A stretch of DNA of 64,000 nucleotides. Source: a virus. The stretch's first letter is position 1. Every line of letters starts with the position of its first letter. The notes under the pieces are model-generated. The model was given only the letters and a program-made list of their open reading frames with translations. It made no database searches and was not told the DNA's origin. Of the stretch, positions 20,201 to 29,162 are shown piece by piece. The position numbers and the translations under genes were made by a program. The DNA is taken from IMG/VR virus record IMGVR_UViG_3300042879_002476, positions 2,391-66,390 of that record. One strand, given 5' to 3'.

Positions 20201-20639
20201 CGTAACATATGATGCTACAATAACGCAGTCTTTAGAAGAGCTTGAAGGAGTGTACAATACATATCAAGATGATATTAATAATAGAACTGTATTTGCGAAG
20301 GGAGATATAGACGCATCTTTAAGTAGTGATATTACTGGATTATCAAATATTAATTTGTTAGGAGATTATGTTGAATATTTAGCGGCAATTCAATTTACCG
20401 TAGAATATTTGCAAACCGACGGTTATCAAGAATCTTCATATATACATGATAATACTCCTACTAGATTTTACGGCGCCGGGCAACGCAATCATTCATTTTT
20501 AGGGTGTAGAATTAGTAGTCCCGGATTTAATATTCCTAGTCCGGATACGTATGATGGCAAACCTGTAATTGAAATTTGGTCTACTAGTCCTATACAAGCT
20601 ACTAATTTAATTAATCCTAACGGATTAATAAATCTATAA
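17235..20639 (+). CDS. Large baseplate wedge protein (gp7-like) with LamG-like segment
   Basis: LPYLLKTKGTERGIRALLNCYG (gp7/P2 gpI-type KGT motif); FTGSMQEIRAWN LamG-like; GTG start after TATTTATA. Confidence 0.7.
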   Translation: MVEPSAEYGILNPTYVTVGTTGSMIEPIPDIDEIPQESALVLFGQTPDDTVELHIININDILLESFYKIPFSNQEGFGTSKNTINNVRVEVQKLFRQFGYISGKFKFQLNFHRGYLGNFRNPITITSINDDRTQITVSFAAGSPFNNLINAPLVDQLGNRLEYYLNLGNLELYRIASFSRDNTLSTTELDVFTVNLQLPLPDSFNVSSESWIDLQLLDPATDTIIIYPKKKKDPINVLRYANFATNVNNNIGQSTGYKTWNTILGSNPTSSQQLINTFISNSFNPIELNVNYRDYSNFIFYSSATERLKNFRYKLQLIEYYDGLLSSLNSVSSPGSESLNNVIDVNTKKNAILAGFDGYEKYLYYQSSSYETSSYGEYWPDTWPKSNSSKPYTLYSVSSTEGQEWYAGQLVSASDYDSQNVNRLTELMPSFMRESDYYDAFEVYINMLAQHFDILWLYVTRMTDVNSRKESVYEGLSKDLVYHVLRSLGVDAADGYSLSELWLNELGVNASGSFRQSGSLESIPNDKITKETYKRILNNLPYLLKTKGTERGIRALLNCYGVPSTILRVKEFSGPYDYKSTRIDTRNKYKRINKFTLATYFSSSLDNYITATISPAPSTVQFRFKPENSAALTQSLMDGASELRIWPDSTTASWGYIKYGTGATIKGPFYNGKWNNVTINGSKLYVIQTSGDSVAMFTGSATLGSATAYSFGEAVGSNQYFTGSMQEIRAWNVNLDDETVKLHALNPQSIAGTGSVSSFINADWRSFNTYDYQSSWNQLIARYPLGTTLQTFSGSTSTIQSIHPNQSQSRTATAFAFTTNSFVGNDEFYYVWSPNFGDSSEPSNKIRIESTKVEGQLNSTTSVEKSQYDSYQFDSPKLGVYFSPQDEINEDIADQFPGLLLDDFVGDPRDDYEPRYRDLEKLRNHYNRKYTDNNAVWKYNRLIENFDASMFYLIKKFLPARAVKMVGLVIQPTLLDRPKAAARNVFIEPVTYDATITQSLEELEGVYNTYQDDINNRTVFAKGDIDASLSSDITGLSNINLLGDYVEYLAAIQFTVEYLQTDGYQESSYIHDNTPTRFYGAGQRNHSFLGCRISSPGFNIPSPDTYDGKPVIEIWSTSPIQATNLINPNGLINL

Positions 20640-20677
20640 TTTTAAAAAATACTATATTTATATTTAAAGAATAAACT

Positions 20678-21358
20678 ATGGGATATTTGAATAATCAAAC
20701 TATAACTGTTGATGCTATTTTAACTACTAAAGGCAGAGAACTTTTAGCTAAAGGAGAACAATTTTTTAAAATAACGCAATTTGCTTTAGCAGATGATGAA
20801 ATCGACTATACGTTATATGATTTAACGCATCCTTTAGGTAGTAATTATTATGGGCAAGTAATTGAAAATATGCCTATTATAGAAGCATTTCCGGACACGG
20901 ATCAATTAATGAAATATAAATTGATTACGTTGCCACGTGGTAGTAAATATATACCCATAATCAATGTAGCATCCACCAATATTAATTTAACTAGTACTTC
21001 TAAAATCGCCGTTGTTAGACCTAGTACTTCTAACCCGCCTAACGGAAATGGATTATTAGGGTATACTGCTATACTAAGTGATAGTACGGTAGCTAGATTG
21101 AGAGTAGCCCGCGGCTCAGAGGTAGCCGCTACAGCAGGAGCAACGCCTACATTTATATCAGACGACGGTACTGCTAGAAGTGTAACTGCAGTAGGGTTTG
21201 GTTTTGAACTTGAGTATATATCGCAATTACGAAATCGTGTTGCTAGTTTAATTATCATAGGAAATGAAACTGGCGGTAGAGTTACTATAACGGTTGGGGG
21301 TGCAGTGGATAATATCTATACAGTACAAGCAGCAGCATCTGATATAGTAATCGATTAA
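20678..21358 (+). CDS. Baseplate/tail-collar protein
   Basis: AILTTKGRELLAK...ITQFALAD resembles the N-terminus of tail-collar fibre domains. Confidence 0.6.
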   Translation: MGYLNNQTITVDAILTTKGRELLAKGEQFFKITQFALADDEIDYTLYDLTHPLGSNYYGQVIENMPIIEAFPDTDQLMKYKLITLPRGSKYIPIINVASTNINLTSTSKIAVVRPSTSNPPNGNGLLGYTAILSDSTVARLRVARGSEVAATAGATPTFISDDGTARSVTAVGFGFELEYISQLRNRVASLIIIGNETGGRVTITVGGAVDNIYTVQAAASDIVID

Positions 21359-21376
21359 AATAATTAAATTAAAAAT

Positions 21377-22543
21377 ATGGCAAGAGCATTAGTAAACAGA
21401 GGGTCGATACCCAATTCTAGTTTGGGGCTAAGAACTGCAGCGCAGGCAGCTGCTGCTGAATCCGCAGCAGCTGAAAGTCAAACTACACAAAATAATATAT
21501 TAGATAATTCGTTTCTATCTACTACAGGTACCGTTTTTAAATTTTTCAATATGGCTACCGATGTTATATTACAAACTAAAGAAGCAGTTGCTGAGTCAGT
21601 ATGGGACGACCCCGATGGGTATTTAACGCAGTTCTTTACTAGTTCCACAGAATTGGCTACATCGGCTTCTAATTATTATTGGAATATATACCAAGATGCT
21701 ACTGAAGCAGCTTCTGGTTCAGATCCACATTTTGCTATTGCATATGGTAATGTAAACGGTGCGGGATCGGTTACCGGATCAGCCGCATTATATACAGGAA
21801 ATTTAACTGGATCTAGAACTCCATCAAAAGCAATATATTCGCAATATAAAAATTTACTTTTATTACCTACCGATGACAAATTTACCTTCGGAGGTACTTC
21901 ATCAGATGATATAGTAGTAGTAAATTTTAATCGTGCTAGATATAAAGAAAAATTAGATCCGGGCAACTGGGAATTAAGATTATCCGGATCGGCAGGTAAT
22001 AGGTCGTTTATAGATAATTCAGGAGCGGGGACAAATCCGACCATTGGGCAATCAGGTAGAATATTTAGTATTGTTTCAGGTACTATAACCGGAGGGTCTG
22101 CAAGTTCAACCGTATACGGGTTAGCATATCCAGATGTAGGTATTTTAGTATTTAATCCTACATTGATATCGCAGAGTGCTGGAATTGCTTTTAGTACAGC
22201 ATCATCAGTAGTACCGGGCCTAACTAGTAACAATGGAAGATTTTATACTGCTATTAATTTAGGAGCTTCATTTCAAGCAAGAAGTGAAGAAAATATTACT
22301 TCTAATTATTATTTTGTGCGTGTAGGACATAGCGAATTTAATTATTCTAATAATCCTACGTTTGTAACTGGATCTTTAGGATTGATTCGTTACGGAGTAT
22401 TTCATACGGATCCTAAAGTATATATTACATCAGTGGGACTGTATAATGATTCCAATGAATTGTTAGCAATAGCTAAATTATCTAAACCAGTATTAAAATC
22501 CTTTACTAGGGAGGCGCTTATCCGGATTAAACTAGATTTCTAA
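21377..22543 (+). CDS. Baseplate/tail-collar-like structural protein
   Basis: C-terminal YITSVGLYNDSNELLAIAKLSKP. Confidence 0.65.
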   Translation: MARALVNRGSIPNSSLGLRTAAQAAAAESAAAESQTTQNNILDNSFLSTTGTVFKFFNMATDVILQTKEAVAESVWDDPDGYLTQFFTSSTELATSASNYYWNIYQDATEAASGSDPHFAIAYGNVNGAGSVTGSAALYTGNLTGSRTPSKAIYSQYKNLLLLPTDDKFTFGGTSSDDIVVVNFNRARYKEKLDPGNWELRLSGSAGNRSFIDNSGAGTNPTIGQSGRIFSIVSGTITGGSASSTVYGLAYPDVGILVFNPTLISQSAGIAFSTASSVVPGLTSNNGRFYTAINLGASFQARSEENITSNYYFVRVGHSEFNYSNNPTFVTGSLGLIRYGVFHTDPKVYITSVGLYNDSNELLAIAKLSKPVLKSFTREALIRIKLDF

Positions 22544-22608
22544 AAATATTTTAATTTAAAGTAAAAATGAAATCGCTATATTTATTAGTATAGCGATTTC
22601 TAACTATT

Positions 22609-24570
22609 ATGTCATTTGTATTTAAACCCATAGAACCTGCATACGTAACTAAAATACCATATTATGTAAATAAGTTATGGCAGATAAATAATGGTAACAT
22701 AGCTAATTTAACTAGTTCTACGTCTCAGTACGTAGATGCAGATATTAGTATGTCAATTTACTATGGAAAATATTATTCTACACCATGGATAACTACTGCT
22801 TCTGAAGTATCTACCAACCATGGAGAATATGCTAGGAATATTTGGAATTCTACTTATAATTTATACTATAGAGACTTCCAAAATGCTCCATACAATCACC
22901 ACCCGCAAGGAAATATAGGAGTAGAAACAAGAAGAATTACAGATGAAATTCATGTATATTCTATACCTAATAAATTAATAGGTTTAGGTATACAACCCGG
23001 GTCATTTGAAATGGAATCTGGCAGCTTTTACTTTTTTGATGATGGTAATGGTAATATATTAGGTTATGACACGACCTTAACTTCAGGAGAAATAGATTCA
23101 TCATCATTCAATCCTAAATTAAAAGATTTTTTTTATTGTTCATTTTATTTTGATGATGGGTATCGATACAATAATACTAGAGCTACATTTAAAGAACCTT
23201 CATACGGTACATTAGGAAAATTAGTAAATCACAATTATGATTCGGATAAAGGGGTAGCTGCCCCTACTCATATACCTAAAAGTCCGGTAGCTACTGTGAA
23301 CAATGTATTTGTTAGAGATCATACAAATGATCCTAATACCGTTATCTCATACATGTCGCAATATCATTTAGATTTTTCCGTATCTTCCGTCGGGTCCATG
23401 TATGTTCGGATTCCGCATACTAAAGAATTGAATTTTGATACAAATCAAGATTTTGCAGTATCATTTTGGATTCGGCAACCCGATGGCGATGGCATCGCAC
23501 CCACTCCTGTTTTAGGTGCGGCTAGCGGTTCTGTAGAATTAATTTCTAAATCCGGATTAGTTAGAAAGTATATAATTCCTGTAGGTAATAGAGCTAGGCA
23601 ATTAGATCCGAATACCGATGCATCGTTATATGATCATTATGTTGATACTGTTGATTATGTTCGAGGACCGTACCCCTTTAAAATAGAATTAATACGTAAC
23701 GGATATAGTGGCAACGGGAAAATTAGATTTTCTAGAAGTGACGGTACAATTGCCACGGCCGTAACATCATCTAGTACTTTAGACGATGATGTTTGGTCGT
23801 TAATCACGTGTCAAAAATCGGGTAGTGTATTGCAAGTTTGGATAGGAACTACTAATGCGGGAGAAATATCGCAATCATGTTTGACTACGGTTTCAAATTT
23901 TTCTGATGTTCTAATAGGATGTAGAGGTGATTTGCTTACTACTAGTTCGATTTCTATTAGCGACTACGATACTTCCCCGGGAGGATGGAGTACTGATGGA
24001 TCAACACAATTCGGCGGAAAGATGGGCCCGATACATTTTTTTAATAGAGCATTATCAGCTGCTGAGATAGCAGACATGGCTACTATTTCTACGTCTAATA
24101 AAAAATATCAACGAGGCATCTACAATAATAGGTTCGGTAATATCATTTATGATCAAGGCCAAATAATTTGGACTAACCCCACCTATTTATCCGGTCCTGG
24201 AAGAGTATTGCCGGGCCAGGGAACCTCTGCTAGATTTGATTATTTAAAATTTAGAAGTACTAAATTAATAACCACTAATGAAGCTATTTGTGTTGCTGGG
24301 GCTACTGAATTAAATATGACCACTAACCCCACAATACTAATCAATAAAAATGGAAAATGTAATCCTGGTATAGGCATTAATGAAACCGGTATAGGAAATG
24401 AAGATGGGGAATGTTATTCATTTGTTACAGGATCAAATTTTTCTCCTTATATAACTACAGTAGGTTTATATAATGATGCCGGAGAATTATTAGTAGTGGG
24501 TAAACTCTCAGCGCCGTTACGAAAACCTACTAATTGTGATACTATCTTTGTTGTGAAGTGGGATCAATAA
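22609..24570 (+). CDS. Structural protein with LamG/concanavalin-like domain and tail-collar-like C-terminus
   Basis: DFAVSFWIR...WSLITC...FNRALSAAEI (LamG); C-terminal YITTVGLYNDAGELLVVGKLSAP paralogous to the previous gene. Confidence 0.7.
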   Translation: MSFVFKPIEPAYVTKIPYYVNKLWQINNGNIANLTSSTSQYVDADISMSIYYGKYYSTPWITTASEVSTNHGEYARNIWNSTYNLYYRDFQNAPYNHHPQGNIGVETRRITDEIHVYSIPNKLIGLGIQPGSFEMESGSFYFFDDGNGNILGYDTTLTSGEIDSSSFNPKLKDFFYCSFYFDDGYRYNNTRATFKEPSYGTLGKLVNHNYDSDKGVAAPTHIPKSPVATVNNVFVRDHTNDPNTVISYMSQYHLDFSVSSVGSMYVRIPHTKELNFDTNQDFAVSFWIRQPDGDGIAPTPVLGAASGSVELISKSGLVRKYIIPVGNRARQLDPNTDASLYDHYVDTVDYVRGPYPFKIELIRNGYSGNGKIRFSRSDGTIATAVTSSSTLDDDVWSLITCQKSGSVLQVWIGTTNAGEISQSCLTTVSNFSDVLIGCRGDLLTTSSISISDYDTSPGGWSTDGSTQFGGKMGPIHFFNRALSAAEIADMATISTSNKKYQRGIYNNRFGNIIYDQGQIIWTNPTYLSGPGRVLPGQGTSARFDYLKFRSTKLITTNEAICVAGATELNMTTNPTILINKNGKCNPGIGINETGIGNEDGECYSFVTGSNFSPYITTVGLYNDAGELLVVGKLSAPLRKPTNCDTIFVVKWDQ

Positions 24571-25004
24571 TTATAAATAAATATGTTATGAAAAGACGTT
24601 TTAAAAATCAAAAGCAGGCTAGTTTAATATTAGGATATAAGAGTGGTTTAGAAGAAAAAATATCTGAACAACTCACCTCTCTTAATATTGATTTTACTTA
24701 CGAGACTGAAAAAATTTATTATATGCAACCTGCTAAAAAAAGGTCATATAAACCCGATTTTATTAAAACTAAAAAAGATGGTAATAAACTGTTTATTGAA
24801 ACTAAAGGCAGACTTACTGCTAGCGATAGACAGAAACATGAATGGGTAAAAGATCAATATCCTGCTTTAGATATTAGATTCGTTTTTACTAATTCTAATA
24901 CTAGAATATCTAAAAATAGTAAAACTACTTATGCCGATTGGTGTAATAAACGAGGATTTATTTTTGCTGATAAAGAGGTTCCTAAAGAGTGGTTAGAAGA
25001 ATAG
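24558..25004 (+). CDS. T7 endonuclease I-like Holliday junction resolvase (start probably a downstream ATG)
   Basis: YKSGLEEKI...YE...YKPDF...IETKGR...DRQKH...DIRFVF...KTTYADWC. Confidence 0.88.
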   Translation: MGSIIINKYVMKRRFKNQKQASLILGYKSGLEEKISEQLTSLNIDFTYETEKIYYMQPAKKRSYKPDFIKTKKDGNKLFIETKGRLTASDRQKHEWVKDQYPALDIRFVFTNSNTRISKNSKTTYADWCNKRGFIFADKEVPKEWLEE

Positions 25005-25006
25005 GT

Positions 25007-25035
25007 TTGTATCCTATTATCTTTTTACTTATACT
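25007..25035 (+). promoter_or_regulatory. Sigma70-like promoter for the primase/Mre11-Rad50 genes
   Basis: TTGTAT (25007-25012), 17-nt spacer, TATACT (25030-25035). Confidence 0.6.
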
Positions 25036-25045
25036 TTAGTAATCC

Positions 25046-25975
25046 ATGATATCAGAACAAAAATCTATATTAAATACTTTATTAGGAGCTCCCAAATTAG
25101 TTTCCGGAGGTTCTGAGGGACTGTATAAATGTCCTTTTTGTAATCACCACAAAAAGAAACTACAAATACATTATGAATTAGGACAATTTAATTGTTGGGT
25201 TTGTAATACCAAAGGAAGATCTTTAATTACTTTGTTAAAGAAACTAAAGGTTACAGATCCGAATATATATGCAAAATTCAAATCTAATAAAAATAATGTT
25301 TTAATCCGTAAGGATGGATACCCCCAAGATATACCCGATAAAGAGCTTGTATCACTACCTAAAGAATTTAAACCTCTATATATTAAAAGGGACGATCCTG
25401 ACTACAAACACGCAATTAGGTATTTATTTAAGAGAGGATTAACGGTACAAGATATATTAAAATATCGAATAGGATATTGTGATAAAGGCCCGTATTCGGG
25501 TATGGTAATCATACCATCATATGATGCGAATAACCAATTGAATTTTTTTGTTGGTAGGTCATATTATAAAGACGCCACTATGAAGCATAAAAATCCAAAC
25601 GTGAGTAAAAATATAATTGGATTTGAAAATTTAATTAATTGGAAATTACCAATAGTGTTAGTTGAGGGTGCATTTGATGCAATTTCAATTAAAAGAAATG
25701 TGATACCGTTATTTGGTAAAAAAATATTACGTAATTTGCGAGATAAAATTTTATTAGAAAAAGTTAAAGAATTATATTTGTGTTTAGATAATGATGCTAA
25801 ACAAGACGCATTAAAATTAGCAGATTATTTTTCTAAATTTGGAGTTGCAGTATATTTTGTAAATTTAAAAGAAAAAGATCCTAATGAAATAGGATTCCAT
25901 AAAATACATACTATCATGAATGAGACCGAAACTTTTGGGTTTGAAGACATGATTAAAATGAAATTAGCATTATGA
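25046..25975 (+). CDS. DNA primase (zinc-binding domain plus TOPRIM)
   Basis: CPFC..H...CWVC; YLFKRG; LVEGAFDA; LDND TOPRIM; KDPNE. Confidence 0.9.
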   Translation: MISEQKSILNTLLGAPKLVSGGSEGLYKCPFCNHHKKKLQIHYELGQFNCWVCNTKGRSLITLLKKLKVTDPNIYAKFKSNKNNVLIRKDGYPQDIPDKELVSLPKEFKPLYIKRDDPDYKHAIRYLFKRGLTVQDILKYRIGYCDKGPYSGMVIIPSYDANNQLNFFVGRSYYKDATMKHKNPNVSKNIIGFENLINWKLPIVLVEGAFDAISIKRNVIPLFGKKILRNLRDKILLEKVKELYLCLDNDAKQDALKLADYFSKFGVAVYFVNLKEKDPNEIGFHKIHTIMNETETFGFEDMIKMKLAL

Positions 25976-28900
25976 TTAAATTAAATTCGAGTATAAACAC
26001 GGTTTCTAAAATTATACACGCAGGCGATATTCATATTAGAAATTTAAAACGACATACTGAGTATAAAATACAATTTCAAAAGTTTTATGAAAAAATAAAA
26101 CAAATTAAAGATGATAGTACGATCATCTACATTGCTGGCGACGTAGTTCATACTAAAACGGATATGAGTCCGGAATTAATTGATATGGTTAGTGATTTTT
26201 TCATATCATTAGCCGATATAGCACCCACGGTTGTAATTGCAGGAAATCATGATGCTAATCTAAACAACCCAGATAGATTGGATGCTCTATCGCCTATTAT
26301 AGCCAATTTACAACATCCTAATATTTTTTATTTAAAGGATACCGGTTTATATGAATTGGGTGATATTGTATTCTCAGTAATGTCTGTTTTTGATGAAAAA
26401 GAAAAATATATTTTAGCGTCTGATATACAGACTAATAAAAAGAAAATAGCTTTGTTTCACGGACCCATAACTAATTCAGTAACCGGAGTAGGATTTCAAA
26501 TACAAGGGCACGTCGATATTGATTTATTTACTGGATTTGATTATGCATTAGCAGGTGATATACATCAACTACAGTATTTAAATGCAGAAAAGACTATTGC
26601 ATATTGTTCATCGTTAATACAACAAAATTACGGTGAAACGTATGATAACCATGGATTTTTATTGTGGGATTTAATTAATAAGACCAGTAGTTTTTATCAT
26701 CTAGATAACGAATACGGATTTCATACTTTGCATATTCATAAAGATGAATTAGTGCCGTACAATAGAGGAATAATTACACAAAATTCTAGAGTACGGTTAA
26801 AAGTTACGGATTCCACAGATGTCTATATTAGGGATGAGTCTGCTAAAATTAAAAAAGAATTAGGGATTTCTGATTTGCCTATTAACAAAGCAGAAACGGT
26901 TTCAATAAATTCCAATATCGATTTAATAAAGTCGAATACCATTAATGTTAGAAATATTGAAACGCAAAATAGTTTAATTAGAGATTTTTTAAATTTAACT
27001 TTAAATTTATCTTTGCCCGATGGTATATTAGATAAAGTGTATGAAATAAATAAAAAGACTAATTTATTGTTATCGGATAAAGATGAAATAATTAGAAATG
27101 TTATTTGGAAACCTAAAAAGTTTGAATTTTCAAATATGTTTTCATATGGAGAAAACAACTTAATAGATTTTTCTAGTTTGCGAGGAATACAAGGTTTATT
27201 TGGTCCCAACGCATCCGGTAAAAGCAGTTTATTAGATGCTCTATGTTTTTGTTTATTTGATACGACATCCAGAGCTTATAAAGCAGATCAAATCATTAAT
27301 ACTAAAAAAGATTGGTTTTCATGTAAATTTAATTTTGAAATTGCAGGTACCGATTATTTTATTGAAAAGCGAGGTACAAAAACATCGTCAGGTAAAGTCA
27401 AAGTAAATATAGATTTTTGGTGTGAGGGTGATAACGGAGACCGTAAAAACTTAAACGGTGAACAGCGTAGAGACACTAATTCCATTATTAAATCCTATAT
27501 AGGAAGTTATGAAGATTTCACATTAATGTGTTTATCAATGCAAAATAACAATACTAATTTTGTAGATAAATCACAAACGGAAAGAAAAGAAATATTAGCT
27601 AAGTTCTTAGATTTAAATATTTTTGAATCGTTATATGCATTGGCCAATACTGAATATAGACGTATACAGGCTATTTTAGAAAATGCTAATTCAAAAGAAA
27701 TAGAATTACAAATAAACGATTTAAAAGACTCAATTTCTAAAAAAACTTTTGATTATGATACTTTGAATAGTAATATTATTTTATTAGATACTGAAATTGC
27801 AAGTAAAAATAATGATGTTTTAGAATTATCAAAACAAATTCAAAATGTTAAGACAATTGATATTGATGCTGCTAAAAAAATGGAAGTTCAAATACAAGAT
27901 AATATATCTAAATTAGAAGAATCCGTTAAATTTAATAACCAATTGTTTTCTAAAACTAAAAAAGAATTACAGCAAATTGACTTACAACTTTCTAATATTG
28001 ATGTTAATAAAATGTTAGAAGCTGAAAAAGAATTTGAATTTAATAAAAGTAAATTAAAGTCTCTCAATTCTAAATTAGAAAAATTAAAAATAATTACAGC
28101 TAATAAAAGTGATAAACTAAAAAAATTGGAAGAGCATGAATATGATCCTAATTGTACATACTGCATTAATAATGTATTTGTAAAAGACGCTTTACAGACT
28201 AAAAAGGAATTGGAATCGGATTTAAAGGAATTGACTATTTGCCAAGAAGATTTGAGACTCACTGAAAATATTGTAAATTCATTTAATTCTTATCATGAAA
28301 CTAAACGCAAATATGAAACTTTAAATTCTAAAAGGAATCTAGTTTTTATTGATTCGCAAGGTACCAATATTAAAGTGTTATCCGAAGATAAAGAACTATC
28401 GGCAACTAAAATTGAATTACAAAAAATACAATTACTCATACGTGAATACTATGAAAATGAATCTATAATTTTAAATAACAATACCATTACCGAACAAATA
28501 GAATCCGTAAAATCTAAAATTAAAAGTTTACAATCGGAAACTCGATTATTAAATGCTGATCTATTGCAGTTGTATTCAGATATTAAAGTAGCTGAATCTA
28601 AAATAGACAATTTAACTGAGAAATTAGAAAAAACCAATGCACTTCTAAAAGAGAAAGCTGCATATGAATATTATCTTATGGCTATGGAAAAAGATGGTAT
28701 TTCATATCAATTGATGTCTAGAATTTTACCTAAAATAGAAAATGAAATAAATAGTATTTTATCTAACTTGGTAGATTTTAAAATCATATTAAATACAGAC
28801 GGAAAAAATATTAATGCTTATATAGTATATGATAATTTATATTGGCCATTAGAACTTTCATCAGGGATGGAACGGTTTATATCGTCTATTGCAATACGAG

Positions 28901-29133
28901 TCGGATTAATCAATATATCTAGTTTGCCTAAACCTACTTTCTTTGCTATTGATGAAGGGTTAGGAGTATTGGATTCTAATAATTTAAATCAAATTTATTT
29001 ACTATTTAATTACATTAGAGATATATTTAATTTTACTTTAATAATTTCGCATATTGATATGGTCCGTGACATGGTCGACCACAATATTACTATAGAGTCC
29101 AAAAACGGATTTAGTAAAATTGATTTAACATAA
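25972..29133 (+). CDS. Fused Mre11/SbcD nuclease - Rad50/SbcC ATPase (T4 gp47+gp46-like)
   Basis: GDIH, GD, GNHD, FHG, GDIH metallophosphoesterase motifs; Walker A GPNASGKS; coiled coil with CTYC hook; SSGME signature; AIDEG Walker B; IISH. Confidence 0.92.
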   Translation: MIKLNSSINTVSKIIHAGDIHIRNLKRHTEYKIQFQKFYEKIKQIKDDSTIIYIAGDVVHTKTDMSPELIDMVSDFFISLADIAPTVVIAGNHDANLNNPDRLDALSPIIANLQHPNIFYLKDTGLYELGDIVFSVMSVFDEKEKYILASDIQTNKKKIALFHGPITNSVTGVGFQIQGHVDIDLFTGFDYALAGDIHQLQYLNAEKTIAYCSSLIQQNYGETYDNHGFLLWDLINKTSSFYHLDNEYGFHTLHIHKDELVPYNRGIITQNSRVRLKVTDSTDVYIRDESAKIKKELGISDLPINKAETVSINSNIDLIKSNTINVRNIETQNSLIRDFLNLTLNLSLPDGILDKVYEINKKTNLLLSDKDEIIRNVIWKPKKFEFSNMFSYGENNLIDFSSLRGIQGLFGPNASGKSSLLDALCFCLFDTTSRAYKADQIINTKKDWFSCKFNFEIAGTDYFIEKRGTKTSSGKVKVNIDFWCEGDNGDRKNLNGEQRRDTNSIIKSYIGSYEDFTLMCLSMQNNNTNFVDKSQTERKEILAKFLDLNIFESLYALANTEYRRIQAILENANSKEIELQINDLKDSISKKTFDYDTLNSNIILLDTEIASKNNDVLELSKQIQNVKTIDIDAAKKMEVQIQDNISKLEESVKFNNQLFSKTKKELQQIDLQLSNIDVNKMLEAEKEFEFNKSKLKSLNSKLEKLKIITANKSDKLKKLEEHEYDPNCTYCINNVFVKDALQTKKELESDLKELTICQEDLRLTENIVNSFNSYHETKRKYETLNSKRNLVFIDSQGTNIKVLSEDKELSATKIELQKIQLLIREYYENESIILNNNTITEQIESVKSKIKSLQSETRLLNADLLQLYSDIKVAESKIDNLTEKLEKTNALLKEKAAYEYYLMAMEKDGISYQLMSRILPKIENEINSILSNLVDFKIILNTDGKNINAYIVYDNLYWPLELSSGMERFISSIAIRVGLINISSLPKPTFFAIDEGLGVLDSNNLNQIYLLFNYIRDIFNFTLIISHIDMVRDMVDHNITIESKNGFSKIDLT

Positions 29134-29162
29134 ACATTTGGATTATCATATATTTATAGTAT

